Assembly: GCA_004431415.1 (NCBI GenBank)
Contig: QPMI01000620.1
Location: 1-56,212 of the forward strand
Direction of reading: 5' to 3'
DNA: 56,212 bases
Source: Cyanophora paradoxa CCMP329
Taxonomy: Eukaryota; Plantae; Glaucophyta
Shown: piece by piece, positions 1-10,818 of the stretch
Layout of the letters: each line of letters starts with the position of its first letter
Numbering within the stretch: the stretch's first letter is position 1
Notes under the pieces: model-generated
What the model was told of the DNA's origin: nothing
Databases searched by the model: none
The model's input: only the letters and a program-made list of their open reading frames with translations
Translations under genes and position numbers: made by a program

Positions 1-1199
1 GCGGGATCGGGAACCGCCCGTTCTTCGCGTGTCCGGAGATGTCGCGGGCGATCACAAAGAACTCCATCTCCCTGGTCGGTCACGAACGGGGTGCGACGTA
101 GGGAGGCTTTCAAGCGCAGCGATGAGCGCGGAGTGAGCAGTACGAAGTCCGTCATTGGGCGCGTCACGACGGTGTGCCGAGGGAATGGGGCGGGCAACAA
201 GGGTACCATTCTCCTGGCGGCCGACGACATGGGGGTGGCAGTCAGCACACGTCTCGTTGGCGAAAGACAGGTCCCGACGGCGAGGCATGTGCGCATCCTC
301 CGTGAATACCGCGGTACGGTAATTGGAGGCCTGCGTGAAGACGGGGTACATGTTGTCGTGGGGCTTGGGGAAGCGGTGCGCGCGCGCCTCCTCCGAGTCG
401 CCTTCCGCATCGATAGCGTTGCGGACGCGAGCCCAGCAGACACCGGGGCCCTTCGGCTCGAGGTACGTCGTGAGCATCTGGAGGGCGGGGCAGTAAAGGA
501 TGGTACGCGCGTGGATCTGGCGCTGGTCGCTCGAAGGGATGCCATCACGAAGCCAGTCAGTGCACTGGATGCCGTCGACGTGCATGCGGTTGTTAACACG
601 GCGAGTGTGCATGTTGTAAGCAACGTTGTCGAGCCAGTCAGTGCAAAGGGGTACCAAGGACTCGCAGCCCTCGACCGCCGGTAGCGAGTCGATTTCGGGC
701 ATCTTGGCGGGCGGGGCCTTGTAGTTCGGGGTCGGCCGCCCACTTCCCTTCGAGACGTTCCCCTCCTGCTGCGAGGTGGCTGCGGGGAGTCGGTGCTCGA
801 TTTGGAGTTAGCGGGCCGAGTGCAGTGTCCATCGGCGACTCTGTGACGGGTCCCCAGGGCGCAGTACGTCCGGGTCTTCGGCTCCCGCACAGAGTCAGCG
901 TCGGAGTTCGTGCTCTTCGCCGAGGGGGCGGCCGCGAAGGTGAGCGACCTCGTGACTGCGACGCGGGCGACGGGATTGATGGCGTTCGGGCGCGGGCGGT
1001 GCATACGGCCAAAGTTTCGAGTGAAGAGCGGGGTTTTCTTGGACGTGACGGGAGCCAAGGCGGCGGACATGCGAGTGTGGTCGTGCCGGCGGAGGCCAGC
1101 GTTGATGAGGTCGCGGATACTGCCGGCAGTGACGCCCCGCGGGGCTGCGCACACCGAATTGGAACACGGGACTCGGCCGCAGTACGGCTTCCCGTTTCC

Positions 1200-4100
1200 A
1201 TCTCTGTCGACAAGTCAGACGGGGCCGGCGACGACGGGCCGGTCGCGTGAGTCGACGAGGGGACGGCGACGCGGGTTCAGCGACGGGGATGGCGACGGGG
1301 ACGGGGGCCGTCCTCTCCGCCGCCGAAGTTACCGGCTGCGTCGCCGTCGTGGCGTTGACGTCCGAACGAAGTGCGCGATGTCCGATGCCGAGGGCTGCGT
1401 CGGCGTGATCGGGACAGTTTGCACCGGAGCGATCGGTACCATGGCCAGGCTGTCCGTCGTAGCCTCGGTCTCCCGGCCGAGTCAGGACCACCGGACTGCA
1501 CGGCGTCTCCGTGGTCAGTCGGGCGAGGGTTCGGGGGCGGCGCGTTAGCGATGGGGCCGGTCGGGCGCGGAGACGGCGCGTCAGCAACGGAGCCAGTCGG
1601 GCGCGAAGGCAGCGCGTCAGTGACGGGGCCAGCCGGGCGCGAAGACGGCGCGTCAACAACGGGGCCAGTCGGGCGCGAAGACGGCGCGTCAACAACGGGG
1701 CCAGTCGGGCGCTGCATCGGGGCGGGATTGCCGAGGAGGGTGGCGTTAGATCCCGTCCCGCCTTGGCCGCCGCCTCCACCGCCGCTCTGGTAGCCGCCCC
1801 TGCCACCGCCGCGATGGCCACCACGGTGCCGCCGCCTCCTGCGCCGCCAGCACCACCATCGGGGCCACGCTTCGGGGACGGACCGTGTGGGGGACCGCCG
1901 TCGTGCTGGCGCTTGCCACTGGGGCAGCGGTTCTGCGTGTGACCCTCCCTCCGCAGTTGTAGCAGCGCACCGGCTTCGTGCACGCCGACGCGTGGTGGCC
2001 GTGCTCGCCGCAGTTCCTGCAAGGGGCGGTTTGTAGCTGCGCCGGAGCGACGGGTACAGAGTTCGACGGCGGGGGGACCGCGTTGTAGGACGGTGCCTGC
2101 GGGCCGCCAGGGATGAGGCCGCAGAGGCGGGCCGCAGCCAGGACCTCGGGTCTTGGCAGCCTTGGTTGACGAATTTGAGTAGTTCCCGACGGTACGGGTG
2201 AGAGCAACACTCGTGGTAGTCGTCAGAGTAGTGATGGATGTCCGCGGCTCCCAACGACCGACAACGTGTGCAAATGTGATCGTTGGTGCCGGGCCTCACC
2301 CTCGGCGCGCGTCGCGCGGGTAGCCCTGGCTCGTACGGATCGCCGTGACCGTCTGCGTACGGGCGTAATCGTAGGGGCGGCCGATGGGCGGGCGATTGCC
2401 GTAGTCCTTCCCGGGCACCGGTGCGTGCCAGTCGCAGCAGCCGGGGACGGGCTTGTGGCCCGGCGCCGGCTGCTGGGGCGCGGGGAGGGCGGATTGGTAG
2501 ATCGGATTGGTTGTCGGCGGGGTCGACGGCGTCGTGTGGACGAGATTGACCGAAGAGCCGAGTAACTGCGAGTGCGGGGCCGAGGGCGCAGGGGACGACG
2601 AAGGCGGTGGGGTGTACGGAGTGCCGCTGTACGGCGCCGTGTACCGTCGTCGCCATCGTTGTCGTAATCGTACCCGTCGACGTTCGCCGCGTTGATGCTG
2701 GCGCCCTTCTTCGAATTCCCAGTAGGAATCGAGGGCTCCCCAGCAGTCGTCGTCACAATCAGAAAGCCCGCCTCCCGAATGAGCGACTGCGCACGAGTGC
2801 AGAAGAGGTTAAACCAGGTCTCCTTGTCCTTGGGAGTCATCCCATCGGTCGGCGACAGGTCCTGCGCCATCGTCTTCAGCTTCGGCAGTAGATTCAGCGC
2901 CAGGTCGTAATTGGCCTTGCGCTGCTGCTCGTACGGGAGGCCGGAGTACAGGCCGTGGTGTAGCGTCTTGCGCTCCGTGATCTGCTGCTCGAGCGTGTCA
3001 TAGACGTCCAGCGCCTGCACAGTGTGGCCCGTCTTGTCACGCGGCAGGTCAGTGAACGCGATGAGGTCACAGATGTTGGCGAAAATACGGTCCAGTTGAG
3101 TGCCATCGTACGCCGCGATGAGCTCCTCCTTGAGACGCTTGCGCTCAGCGGGGTCAATCATGCGAACGAGGCTCTTAATGTACGAGGGGACGCCGCGAAT
3201 AATGTCCGAGGGCATCTCAGCCCGGAGTTTGTCGACGACGGCCTGTCGCGTCTGGACGGCCTTCTGCGCCGCCTCCTTGGCCGCCTCCTCCGTAGCCGTC
3301 GCGAGTGTCGCCTTCGCCTTCGTGAGCTCGCTCTCTGCGTCGACGAGGTTTTCGACGAGAGACCGGTGCAACTCGACCGTCGAACGGTAGACTTCCGTTA
3401 GTCCGCCGGCAGCGAACGGACACCGAAATCGACGGCGTGGTACGCCGCCTGCGAACCGTCGTCCAGCAGGGAGTACTTCTTGTCTCCGCGAGTAGCCGAA
3501 CGGATGGCGTTGTGATGTTGGAAGACGCCGTTGGGCGAGACGGGAATCCCGGTGGTGTGGCCCATCTTGCCGTCCTCCATCTTGATCGCCTGCGGCGGCT
3601 CCGCGCCCATGACCCGCCGGCGCGCGATCTCCTCGGCGTGCGCCGCTGCGACTCGGGCCGTGCGGTTGAGCATTGTCAGTTGGCCGGGGAAGGTCGGGCC
3701 ATCTCGCCGGAAGTCATGCCTTCGCGCTCCATCACGCGGTCGTTCGACGTAGACGTTGCCGTCGGGCCGCGACCGCAGTACGGTACGCGAGCTGGCCCGT
3801 GACCGTCGTTCGAGTCGGACCGCCGCAACCGATCCCCGATGCGCGCGCGGCACGAACGATGAGCCAGGGAGCTAGCCGATGCCGCGGTACGGCGGGCTGC
3901 TCCCCAACTGCGCGAGTGAGCGGCGGAGGCGCGTCCGAAGCTTCGAGAAGGGAAGCGTCGGCGGCGAGGCGGGTCAGCGGAGTGCGTCCGCCAGTAGCGG
4001 TGCTCTCCGAAAGCGTCAAGCGTTCGCCTCCTCGTAGTCCAGCGGGTTCACGCTCGCGGCCAACGGACGTGCGCAGCAAGTCCGTCAGCTGGCGTGCGCT
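1200..4100 (-). pseudogene. gag: Gag-like nucleocapsid polyprotein with two CCHC zinc knuckles, frameshifted
   Basis: CX2CX4HX4C x2 at ~1915-2020, extra Cys/His cluster HICTRC..H..HECC at ~2190-2280, Pro/Ala-rich linkers; reading frame switches among the listed ORFs; ends approximate. Confidence 0.55.
1541..1712. repeat. 36-bp tandem repeat x~5 (RPTGPVVDAPSS on minus strand) within the retroelement
   Basis: Unit cgcgtcaacaacggggccagtcgggcgcgaagacgg repeated with progressive divergence. Confidence 0.9.
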
Positions 4101-4680
4101 GGTCCCGGCGAGGATGTTTTAGGAGGTTTTATACGTCCCAGTAGACCTTAGCAACCTTCCCGTAGCGTACCAGCAGCAGGCGAGCAGGCTGTCACGTTGC
4201 AAGAGAAAGCTGCTAATCACAGACTACTGTGTACCCTAGGACACGGCTACCGGAAAGTATCAAGCTAGAGTCAGAAAAAGTAGCTAGGGTCGCATCTTCG
4301 TACAGGGGTACAGTGACTCAGGAAATCGCGAGAAGCCGCGGGTCAAGTCACGGTACTACTGCGAACGAAGTGCAAACGAAGCACTAACGGCTAGGAAACC
4401 CTATCGGCAACAATGCATGCAATCACGATCATGATGCATGACGTCGACCACTCGCACGCGTACGCCCCGCGCGGCTCTAGGTCTAGGCCTGATCATGACG
4501 CGCCCTATTCGTGAAATTAAATGCCCCCATAGGCCCGGTACCGATATATATATGATAGCGATCGCCATATATAGCTCTATAAAGCTAGCTTCGTGTCATG
4601 TGCCGGCTTCGCTGACATGATCATGATCATTGTTATAATTGATATTATATTAACTCTGTCGCGTGCATGCGCTTGCGCAG

Positions 4681-5518
4681 GACTGTGTATAGCAGCACCA
4701 CAAAAGTACTTACGGTGGAAGTAACCACGACTGTCGACGTCGGTCTTCTCAAGAGGAAGACAACTGTCAGCGGAAACGGTGCCGAAGCCTCCACGGAAAC
4801 GGTAATCATAACGCATTCGAATTCCGGGGATCCCGGAGTCCGGATCCTTTAGATCTACCTATATATGCGTGACGCCGACATCACTCGCTCACTTCAATGT
4901 CTGGCCTTCCCGTGCGCAGTCGCTCGAGGATCTTGAAAGGTGCAAGCTTGCGGAGGCAGCGGCGGCGGTGGAGGCAGCATTGGGGAAGAGCGGCGAAGGA
5001 ACCAAATTGAACGACGACTGCAAGAAACTCATTGCGGCTGGAAAGGCATGCGCACGCTGTCCCCGGCCACGTCTATATATATGTATGCATTCAATATGAT
5101 GCAAATGTATTGATCTTCGGGCGGGCGGGCGCGGGTCGCAGGCAACGTTGGCCCTCGAGATCATCGCCCTTGTCTTCAATTTTGTTGCGAAGTGCATCTA
5201 CATTTCGACTGCCTTCCGCAACCCGAAGGGCCCGTCTGTCCTGCTGGCAGGCGCGGCCTGGTCCCTCGTCGTTTCTGCAGTCTTGATGATTGTCGGCATC
5301 ATCGTGTGGGGGGCGGTGCGGCCTCAGTTCAGCCATATATATCTATATTAATATTGGTTTTTCTTACCCATCGATATCGACCGCGAAATCGCGCCCAGGC
5401 AATGTACACGACGATTAAGGACATCTCGAACCCGATATCGCCGTCGCTTGGCGCCTCTGCGGGCGTCGATATCGCAGCCGTCGTCCTCAACTTCATCGCT
5501 GCGTGCGCGATTTCCTAA
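4681..5518 (+). CDS. Claudin/PMP22-like tetraspan membrane protein, 5'-incomplete (TM1 exon not in the adjacent DNA)
   Basis: Exons read (W)TVYSSTTK..VDVGLLKR, ..DDCKKLIAAG, ALEIIALVFNFVA (TM), SVLLAGAAWSLVVSAVLMIVGIIVW (TM), SLGASAGVDIAAVVLNFIAA (TM); cgcag acceptor ending at 4680. Confidence 0.4.
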
Positions 5519-5760
5519 TTCTTACATAACTGCCCGGGGGCCGGGGCCGGGGCCGGCACGTTTGAATTCAAATTCGTAGCCCCGGAATTAACATTAATGG
5601 CAATCATGCTGATATGCATTGAATCGCCCATGCGCGCAGCATTGTGGCGTTCACCTTCCGCCGGAGCGACACTGGCCGTGACCATGGCAAGGCGCCCCCG
5701 GCCCCGGCGGCGAACCCCTACGGCTACAAGCAGCCCCCCGCCACCGCGCCCCCCGTCCAG

Positions 5761-5882
5761 GTCACCAAGTGCGTCCGCATGCCCTTGAGAATTTAAATTT
5801 AGACGTCGACGACGAGTCCCATGGCAACGAACGAGCTACTAGTTACTAAATATTGGCGATTTTCGCGCAGCGTGGTGGTCGC
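5761..5882 (+). repeat. Dispersed repeat family A, copy 1 (copy 2 at 9127-9298)
   Basis: Shared aagtgcgtccgcatgcccttgaga...gacgacgagtcccat...ggcaacgaacgag...ttggcgatttt..gcgcagcgtggtggtcgc. Confidence 0.85.
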
Positions 5883-6710
5883 TCCTCCGCCCGCTGGCCA
5901 GGGTCAAATGCTCAGCAACTCGTATTAATCGCCGGGGCACAGCCCCGCCAACTGCGCTCATGATTACTGAGTCAACAAATGCAATCTAGATCAAGATCTT
6001 GAGTTCAAATGCAACTAGCTATAGCTACAGGTCAAGAGTACGAAATAGAATTCACGATGACAAACGAGACCTCTAGATCTGGCTTTTTACGAACTTGTCT
6101 GTCGTCATTTATTCGTATACTTCCTCTTTCATTCAATATACTAGTGGCCCGGCCGCGATTGTCGCGCCGGGGGTGCAAGGGGGGAGCCGGGATCTAATGA
6201 AAGAGTCGTAGTGGGACGCACATGCGTGCGGCAGATCGACTCCGGCCCAGTGCGCGCAGCAGGTTGAAGTGTAAAGATAAACACAGATTATGATTGGAAA
6301 AAATGAAGAGGCCCGATTAGGACACGCTGCGATCAAACCGAATATATGAAAGATTGGTCTGGAGCCAAAAAACGCTGAGCATCAACTGTGTTCGCACGGC
6401 CTACCGCTAACCCTGAACAGCTGGCTAAAAGATGATGGTGCTGTCTGCAGAGGGCTCGCCGTAAACATAGGCGATCCAGGCCTTCTGGAGGGGGTCGGGG
6501 CGGAAGTCGACCATGGGGGTGAGCGGCAGCCAGCGGCGCCGGTCCTGAAGAGAGCCGTCTTGCAAGAGCATGGTGAGGCGGCCCGCCGCCTCGAGCGCCC
6601 GCAGAGCGGCGCGGCTAGCGCTGGCGCTCTGCTCGCTCCCGCCGCGCATCTGGTAGACAAGGTCTTGAGTCGCGATCGGCTGCGTCGGCCCACGGCGCCG
6701 GCCCACGCCG

Positions 6711-6975
6711 GCAGGCGTCAAGGGGCAGGCGTCAAGGCGAGAGAAAACTGGACTTCACCCTCAAAAACCGCTTTTTGCATGAACGGCCGCAGCAGGCTGC
6801 AGCCACGACGGCCGCGAAGCAGCTGCAGCACGCGGCGCTCGAGGAGGAGCTAGCTATAGGCGGTATGCGCCACGCCAGCCCACGGGCTGCGTCGGCTGCG
6901 CCGCACGGCGTTAACGCGCGGCAGGCGTCAAGGCGAGAGAAAACTGGTCTTCGCCCTCGAAAACCGCTTTTTGCA
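6711..6975 (+). repeat. Local direct duplication (~55 bp, 6725-6779 and 6920-6974), probable TE remnant
   Basis: gcaggcgtcaaggcgagagaaaactgg.cttc.ccctc.aaaaccgctttttgca occurs twice. Confidence 0.75.
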
Positions 6976-7306
6976 CGGACGGCCCCAGCGACATACACGT
7001 GGCGCAACCCAATTTCCACTCATTTTTTCCCGCGTTGCATACTGGACCTCGAAAACGGCCTCATAGAAGAATTTTGGCTGAAGCGAGGGAACGGGAAGCA
7101 AGCTGGGAGAAGACCTTCGGTCTTCTTCCCCCCTTGCAATAATTGATTACTGTATTGCAAAGCAGGGAGATTACGCTAGAAGCTTAATTATAAGCTTGCA
7201 GCTTGATGAAGGAGAATTCGAGGACCCGCGAGCAGGTGACGGACTCGGAGGGGGACTCGGAAATGGAGCCCGAATCCTTCGAATTCCGGGAATTTCCGGC
7301 CACTGC

Positions 7307-7642
7307 ACCGCCCTTGGTAGTGGTAGAGCGCCGCACTCTCCACTCTTGAGTCTTGAGCCTCTGGGTTCGAATCCAGGCCGGCCGAAGCAATCCCGCTTCG
7401 AATCCCAGTGTGGTCGTTGGCGGGTTTGATGGTAACCCAACGCTGGGCGGATCCCACAGCCGCACGCACTGGACCCGAAAGGCTGAAGGTGGGGGCGGTC
7501 CTGTGCGCTCCCATAAGCCCGCATAGAGAGAAGGCTGTGCGAGGACGGGTAATCGCCCCATGGCCAGTACGGCCCGGCCCGAGACTCGGGCGGGAGCTCG
7601 AGTCGGGCCGAGAACCCCCAAGGGGAGCAAATTGGTTTTAAT
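7307..7642 (+). mobile_element. tRNA-derived SINE-like element flanked by 14-bp direct repeats (candidate TSD)
   Basis: A-box-like TGGTAGTGGTAGAGC (~7315) and B-box GGTTCGAATCC (~7364), degenerate cloverleaf, ~250-nt body, T/A-rich end; tttccggccactgc at 7293-7306 and 7643-7656. Confidence 0.6.
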
Positions 7643-7878
7643 TTTCCGGCCACTGCGGTGCCGCATGCGCAGAGGCGGCGTGCCGCTGCACTGCCGCACT
7701 GCCGCATGCGCAGAGGCGGCGTGCCGCATGCGCAGAGGAGGTTTTAATTTTTCGGCGCCACTGCGGTGCCGCATGCGCATCATCAGCAGCGCATGCGGCG
7801 CCGGCCGGGGCCCGGGGCCGGCCTCCCTCCTGAACCGTCGGATCCGGAGTCCGGACTCCTGGACCAGCGCTAGCTATA

Positions 7879-8102
7879 CTGTAGGCGTAGTTAAATTGCC
7901 GTGGAGTAAATTTGCCGAATTCGGCCAAAACCGGAATTGCCGTGGCGATAAATTGCCGAATCCAGCGCTCTGCACTATGGCGGGCTTAGAAACTACCGTA
8001 GTACCTACCCCCCAAGCAATTGCCGTGGTGCTAAATTGCCGAATTCGGCCTCTCGGCAATATACGGCAATTATTTACCACGGCTAAAAAACTACGCCTAC
8101 AG
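7879..8102. mobile_element. MITE (~224 bp) with terminal inverted repeats
   Basis: ctgtaggcgtagtt (7879-7892) and its exact reverse complement aactacgcctacag (8089-8102), extendable imperfectly to ~30 bp; internal aattgccg repeats; TA on the left flank. Confidence 0.8.
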
Positions 8103-8400
8103 CAGGCTATAGCTGCAGCCTGCAGGAGATCGCCGCCGGCGCCGGCCGCGGCGCCGAATCAGAGACCTCGCGATCGAGAGGCTCTGACTCTCACAGCTAG
8201 GCTGTTTCGAATCTTTCGATTCTTTCGATGTGAAGAATTCATTTCGAATTGTTTTTGAAGCAAACGATCAAAAGTAAGTGTACGACGAGTCGTCGACGAC
8301 CCGTTGACGCGTACGACTAGCCTGCACTGCAAGCCTGCAACACTAGTACTGCAGCGGCAGTGCAGCCTGTGGGAGGCTGTGGCACCTGTGCAGGGAGTGC

Positions 8401-8645
8401 CAGGGACTGATAACTACGGCCGTAAGTCGTAAGTCCTCTCTCGGGGCACGTAACTTGTGACGTAAGTCGTAAGTCGGAGTCTGTCGGACTTCCACTTACG
8501 GACTTACACGTAAGTCCCGTAAGTCGTAACTTCTCGTAATTATAAGTACACTAGTGGCAAGTTGGCAACACTGGCAAGTTGGCAGAAGTTGCACTGGCAA
8601 GTGGCAAGTAGTGACACTGTAGTGTCACTGACTCACTGGCAACCC
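8401..8645. repeat. Clusters of short motifs (cgtaagt, then tggcaag), typical of DNA-transposon subterminal arrays
   Basis: Repeated cgtaagtcgtaagt/acttacg at 8420-8540 after CAGGG; repeated tggcaag/tggcaa at 8555-8642. Confidence 0.5.
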
Positions 8646-8713
8646 AGCCGTTACCCAGGCCAACCCTATGATGGTCTGGACTCTGGCCATGGGGTGGCGA
8701 TTCACTCAGTGAC

Positions 8714-8885
8714 TGGCGAACTGATTTTTCGGGATGTTGTTTTCTTTGTTCGTGTTTGAGCGTCAGCAAATTGGAAGATGTGACGTTCGCGGCCCCATTT
8801 GTATTCTTATCGACGGTTCGTTGTACACGTCGGACGGGTAAGACCGAGAGTCGAGACTCGAGAACTTTTTCTGTTTTGTTTTGCC
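8714..8885 (+). repeat. Dispersed repeat family B, copy 1 (copy 2 at 10241-10416)
   Basis: Shared tggcgaactgatttttcgggatgttgttt...ttggaagatgtgacgttcgcggccccatt...ggtaagaccgagagtcgaga...ctgttttgttttgc. Confidence 0.85.
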
Positions 8886-9126
8886 CAGGATGAGGGTACG
8901 GAATTCTTCGGTCGACGTGTGCTGCGCTTCACGCTGCGGCGGCTGCGCATGCGCTGCCTGCGCAGCGCTAGCCTAGCTACGGCGCCCGGCGGCCCTTCGC
9001 TAGCGCCTGTGAATCATTGAATATCGATGCGCATGCATCCCTCGGATACAGCGTAACACTCCGCACGCATCGTACAAGCGCTAGCCCGGCGCGGCGCTCA
9101 TATAATTAAATGATCAGCGGCTGAGG

Positions 9127-9298
9127 GTCACCATGGCCAAGCTTAAGTGCGTCCGCATGCCCTTGAGATCTAGAATTAATATTCAGACGCCGACGACGAG
9201 TCCCATCATCAGGACTCCCATGGCAACGAACGAGCTCGAGTTACTATATTACTAAATATATATTGCAATTGGCGATTTTTGCGCAGCGTGGTGGTCGC
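9127..9298 (+). repeat. Dispersed repeat family A, copy 2 (expanded by micro-insertions)
   Basis: Aligns to 5761-5882 with several 6-nt palindrome-forming insertions. Confidence 0.85.
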
Positions 9299-10240
9299 GA
9301 TCGCGGCTGTACATGTCACCTTCCGGATAGCGCTAGCGGATGCATAGTGCCATCCCTAGACGCCGTTGACCTCGTTAAAACGTTAAACGTTAGCGCGGGT
9401 ACCGGTGGTTTCGTTCAGATTTCGTTGTTTATCTGGAGGTTCGATATCGATGACAGAAGATCATTTTTAGGTCGATCCACGTCAAGCTTCAGATGGAAAA
9501 AGCTCAAAGGGCGGCACGCTCCCAGCAGGGTTTTGTATGGGACTGAGAGAACCTCAGTCGGCCAATTTGGTGACTCAGTCGGGTCAGTGAGACCCTCTGA
9601 CTGTGACTGTGAGTGACTGAGGGGCCAGGGGCCAGGGCGGGCCTGGGCCGGGCGGCCAGGGCCTCAATGCCGCCTAGGGCTGTGGTCGCTGGTTGTCGCT
9701 TCGCTCGCGAGGTTCCAGCGGCCGCTACGCTTGGCGTTTTCCGCCAGCGACGCCTCCTCGCTCAGCGTTTTTTATGGCTGACAGGCGCCAAAAAAAGCTC
9801 CATCCCGCTTTTTTCTCATCTGATGGTCGACGTAGGTCGGCGACGACTCGGCGTGGCCGAGCAATCTTGCTAAATTTCGACTGTTTTCGAGCATCCAGGC
9901 GCTCCGCTTCGCCTAAAAGCAGCCTGCAGCTGGCCTCTATCCCGCAGAAATTGATGCATGGCTCGCGGAACCAAGCATTAAATCTGCATTTGCGTCTTAA
10001 AAGCTTGTACGAAATAAACTACTAGTAAACGGAACAGATAGGTTTTCGGTCGGTTTCCAGCAGTTTTTCTTCAGGTTTTGGCGGTACCCCCAGCTCAGCG
10101 ACGGGCCAGCGACAGGCGCCGCTCGCCGGGCTTCAGCGGCCGCTGGGCCCGGCCCCCCCCAGCGAGCAGCGCCGAGCACAGCTCTAATGCCGCCTCATGC
10201 TGCTCTGAGCGACAGTCTCAGCGACTGCACTTAATTTCTG

Positions 10241-10416
10241 GGGTGGCGAACTGATTTTTCGGGATGTTGTTTCTTAGTTCGTGCGAGAACGTCAGCGAAT
10301 TGGAAGATGTGACGTTCGCGGCCCCATTAATATTTGCATTCTATCGACGGTTCGCTCAAACTTCGTTGTCGGACCGGTAAGACCGAGAGTCGAGAACTTT
10401 TTCTGTTTTGTTTTGC
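10241..10416 (+). repeat. Dispersed repeat family B, copy 2
   Basis: Aligns to 8714-8885. Confidence 0.85.
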
Positions 10417-10818
10417 TGGGATGGGGGTACAAAACTTCTTCGTGGCTACAACGTGGCGTGCATGTGCTTGCGGGGAATCGCCGGGGATCGCGCGGATGCG
10501 CATGCATCCCTCGGTTGCAGTGGAACACTCGGGAACATCGGAACCATCAGCGGCTGAGGAGCCTGAGGTCCGACTGTGGTGCTCCTAGTCCTAGCTATAG
10601 GCCTGCAACAGCAACATCCTGCACCGGTCAGCGGCAGAGCGAAGTGAACGCGCCGCGCGCCGGCGCAGCTCGAAGCCTTCGAAATCAGGCTTAAAAGCTT
10701 TCAGGAGCGCGCGCGTGTTCGCCGACCCCGCGGCCGCCCAGCGCGGCCATGCTTGAGGCATCGAGATCCCGCCCCGCCGGCATGCGCAGCACGAGAATTC
10801 GAAGCTAGGCCGGCCGAG

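Larger units (their letters stand above)
1..4480 (-). mobile_element. Retrotransposon 5' half (gag-like region plus start of a downstream ORF); LTR vs DIRS/Ngaro class undetermined; runs off the left edge
   Basis: Intronless minus-strand ORF pieces 4079->52 joined by frameshifts. Two tandem CCHC zinc knuckles (CRNCGEHGHHASAC; CYNCGG[E]GHTQNRC after a 1-nt shift at ~1950). Coiled-coil/helical segment at 2700-3371. The non-coding 4122-4480 stretch may be the terminal repeat. No RT/integrase motifs inside the window; right boundary approximate. Confidence 0.65.

Noticed and set aside
1541-1712. 36-bp repeats as a CRISPR array
   Set aside because: Head-to-tail with no unique spacers, in-frame coding, no cas genes; the same applies to 48137-48496
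7307-7390. Functional tRNA gene
   Set aside because: No clean acceptor or anticodon stem and a mismatched T-stem; better explained as a SINE head
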